From assembly GCA_947168855.1 (NCBI GenBank), contig CAMVNO010000003.1:24574-88573 (forward strand): a stretch of 64,000 bases of DNA. The letters are read 5' to 3'. The translations under genes were made by a program, and so were the position numbers. The stretch is from an uncultured Clostridia bacterium. GTDB lineage: Bacteria > Bacillota > Clostridia > Christensenellales > CAG-138. Positions within the stretch are counted from its first letter, which is position 1. Each line of letters opens with the position of its first letter. Under the pieces are notes generated by a model. That model saw only the letters and a list, made by a program, of their open reading frames with translations, ran no database searches and was not told the DNA's origin. This document shows, in pieces, positions 62,238 to 64,000 of this stretch.

Positions 62238-63533
62238 TTAATCTATCGGAAAGGACAGCACGATCGGATTGCCGGACGCGTCCGTCTCCGCAAGCGTCAG
62301 AAGCAGCTTATTCTTTTCCTTGAGCCATTGGAACGTCCACGTATCGCCCGTTTCGTCGTTCCAAACGGTCAGCAAATCATCTGCGTCGACGGACCAGTCA
62401 TAGCCGGATTGTTCTTCGCCGCCGACTGTGACGGACGCAACATGGAAGTACTGGCTGATCGTTGTTGGATAGCCGAGATCATACGAGTCGCCGAGATTGA
62501 TCTGCATTCCGATGTACCTCTCGGGGACGGCGATCTCCGTTTCGTCTCCCATGCGCCGAAGTTTTGCATAGACGGTTCCGGCGTCGGTGCTGTGCATCAG
62601 CGTCAGCGTGCGCGTATCGCGGTCGTATTGCCCGAAGCGGAACGCGCCGGCAGTATCGTCGCCTGCGATGTATACGTAATCGTCATGCACCTCGTAGGGG
62701 TAGGTTACCGGATGCCCGAACGCAAGGTCGTAGTTCGAGGAGATCGGCACCGTCTCGTTATAGGTCACCGTGCCGTCCTCTTGGAAGCGATACTCCTTCC
62801 AAAGCTCGACCGAGGTCTGATAGAGCACGTTGCCGTCGTTGTCCGTCTCCTCCCGAACGAGCCATTCGCCGTAAAGCTCGGATTCATGCAGCTCGCGGTT
62901 CAGAACGGTCACGGAGCCATCGCTTTGCCAACGGCAGCAGATAAGACCGTCCTGCAATGTAAGCGTGCCGCAGTCGATCCGCTTATCGCCGTTATAGGGC
63001 GTTTTGCCGATGAGCAGCGCGCCGTCCGACGTGTACAGACGATAATCGAACGCGCCGCGATCCCAGAGTGTATAGCTCTGTTTGTTTGCATAGTCGTATA
63101 CGACGACATGTTCGTCGATCATGCCAGAGCCGAAGCAGACCGAGGCGCAAAGCTCGGGCTTTTGATCGCCGGTCACGTCCGTAAAAAAGACGTTTTGGAT
63201 CGGCATACCGGTAAAAAGCGTGCGTGCCGCGCCGTTTTCTTTCGCTTCGACGCTGCCGGACGTCCAGCGGAATGTAACGCCCGGGAACGCGTCGATTGCG
63301 ATTTCTTTCGTTTCCTCCCACGATGTCTGGTTCGATGCGCTGTAATAATCAAGCCACTGCACGACCTTATCGGAGGGGACGGGGGACGCTTGCGGTGCGG
63401 ATGGTTCTCTCTTCGGCGTCGTCAGCAGGCAAACCGCGACGGCAATGCAGACGAGGATCGCCGCAAGGATGATCCAGAACAACGGCTTTTTGTAAACGGG
63501 CTTGCGGGAATCGTGTATTTGATTTGTCTCCAT
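62238..63533 (-). CDS. Membrane-anchored hypothetical protein
   Basis: 431 aa with an N-terminal TM anchor (LFWIILAAILVCIAVAVCLL) and backbone-type codon usage. The overlapping 615-aa (+) ORF is R-rich junk. Confidence 0.7.
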   Translation of the reverse strand: METNQIHDSRKPVYKKPLFWIILAAILVCIAVAVCLLTTPKREPSAPQASPVPSDKVVQWLDYYSASNQTSWEETKEIAIDAFPGVTFRWTSGSVEAKENGAARTLFTGMPIQNVFFTDVTGDQKPELCASVCFGSGMIDEHVVVYDYANKQSYTLWDRGAFDYRLYTSDGALLIGKTPYNGDKRIDCGTLTLQDGLICCRWQSDGSVTVLNRELHESELYGEWLVREETDNDGNVLYQTSVELWKEYRFQEDGTVTYNETVPISSNYDLAFGHPVTYPYEVHDDYVYIAGDDTAGAFRFGQYDRDTRTLTLMHSTDAGTVYAKLRRMGDETEIAVPERYIGMQINLGDSYDLGYPTTISQYFHVASVTVGGEEQSGYDWSVDADDLLTVWNDETGDTWTFQWLKEKNKLLLTLAETDASGNPIVLSFPID

Positions 63534-63715
63534 GATCGGCTGCCTCCTGTTGAACTGATGGGATTATACCATCTTTTGCGTGCAGAAATATGCTAATCGA
63601 GAAATTGTTGAGAGAATTTTACATTTGTGACGAATCCGTGACATTTCGCGTCGGTGCATTGACCGAAGGCAGGGGGGCGTGTATAATTATACCGGAGAAA
63701 GGAAAGGAGATTCGT

Positions 63716-64000
63716 ATGAACCTGTTGTTCTTTCTGACGCCGAAGTGCGACGTGTGCGTGCTGCACAGCGACTATACGCTCCGGCAGGCGGTGGAGAAGC
63801 TCAATTCGTCGGGACGCAGCGCGATCCCCGTGATCGACGACGAAGGGCATTACTGCGGGACGGCGTCCGAGGGCGATCTTTTGCGGGCGGTGCTCAAGGA
63901 GGATTCGCAGAAGGATTGGGAGCATGTGCGGCTGATGAATATCATCCGGAAGGATTTCAATCCGCCGGTTTCCGCATTCGCTTCGATCGAGGACCTTTTA
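63716..64000 (+). CDS. CBS domain protein (partial; runs off the window)
   Basis: ATG 63716 follows aaaggagat. The frame is open to the window end. LRQAVEKLNSSGRSAIPVIDDEGHYCGTASEGDLL is a CBS motif. Confidence 0.7.
   Translation, partial: MNLLFFLTPKCDVCVLHSDYTLRQAVEKLNSSGRSAIPVIDDEGHYCGTASEGDLLRAVLKEDSQKDWEHVRLMNIIRKDFNPPVSAFASIEDLL

Noticed and set aside
61749-63596. 615-aa plus-strand ORF overlapping the CotF-like and membrane-anchored genes
   Set aside because: The sequence is extremely Arg/Ala/Cys-rich, and the ORF spans two well-formed minus-strand genes and their intergenic region. It is a shadow ORF.

Overview
The window looks like a GC-rich Firmicutes/Clostridia-type chromosome; this is inferred from a CotF-like spore coat gene, the gene content and GCG/CCG/ACG-rich codon usage. 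It has three parts. (1) 1-14116 is ordinary backbone. It holds a LacI regulator, a sugar ABC transporter and a GH5 glycosidase, a MATE-like protein fused to a GHKL ATPase, an Fe-S/FMN-binding membrane protein, an esterase, MarR plus glutathione peroxidase, a Nim-like PNPOx protein, a CDF transporter and a metallophosphoesterase. (2) 14117-60717 is a roughly 46.6-kb composite accretion island. It starts inside a truncated aldo/keto reductase gene and ends at an initiator tRNA-Met gene (60718-60793, minus strand). The 3' end of that tRNA is repeated in the same orientation at 34438-34483 and, as a 12-mer, at 15174-15185. The island holds: a GNAT gene; hipBA; a PLD-helicase-DUF3427 gene coupled to a NUDIX gene; a DUF4411 PIN-like gene next to an IS1595-family IS; gene fragments and an iteron-like array; a 3.7-kb very GC-rich patch with different codon usage; and two paralogous mobilisation backbones (MobC-relaxase-ParB), one with a large serine recombinase and one with Xis, TnpV and a tyrosine integrase. 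Its most notable feature is a nine-gene co-directional operon at 36540-49638. There, a Type III-like R-M module (SNF2 helicase, DUF4391, Mod, Res) is split at its gene junctions by AT-rich cassettes: an uncharacterised two-gene cassette (285 aa plus a 371-aa protein with an RNxxxH HEPN-like motif), a Thoeris type II-like pair (2TM-macro-like plus ThsB/TIR-like) and a DUF2971 gene. A phased 14-copy, ~21-bp iteron-like array lies at 49815-50116. (3) 60794-64000 is backbone again: a TipA-like MerR regulator, a CotF-like protein, a membrane-anchored protein and a partial CBS protein. All family assignments come from motif recognition by eye. No database search was run.
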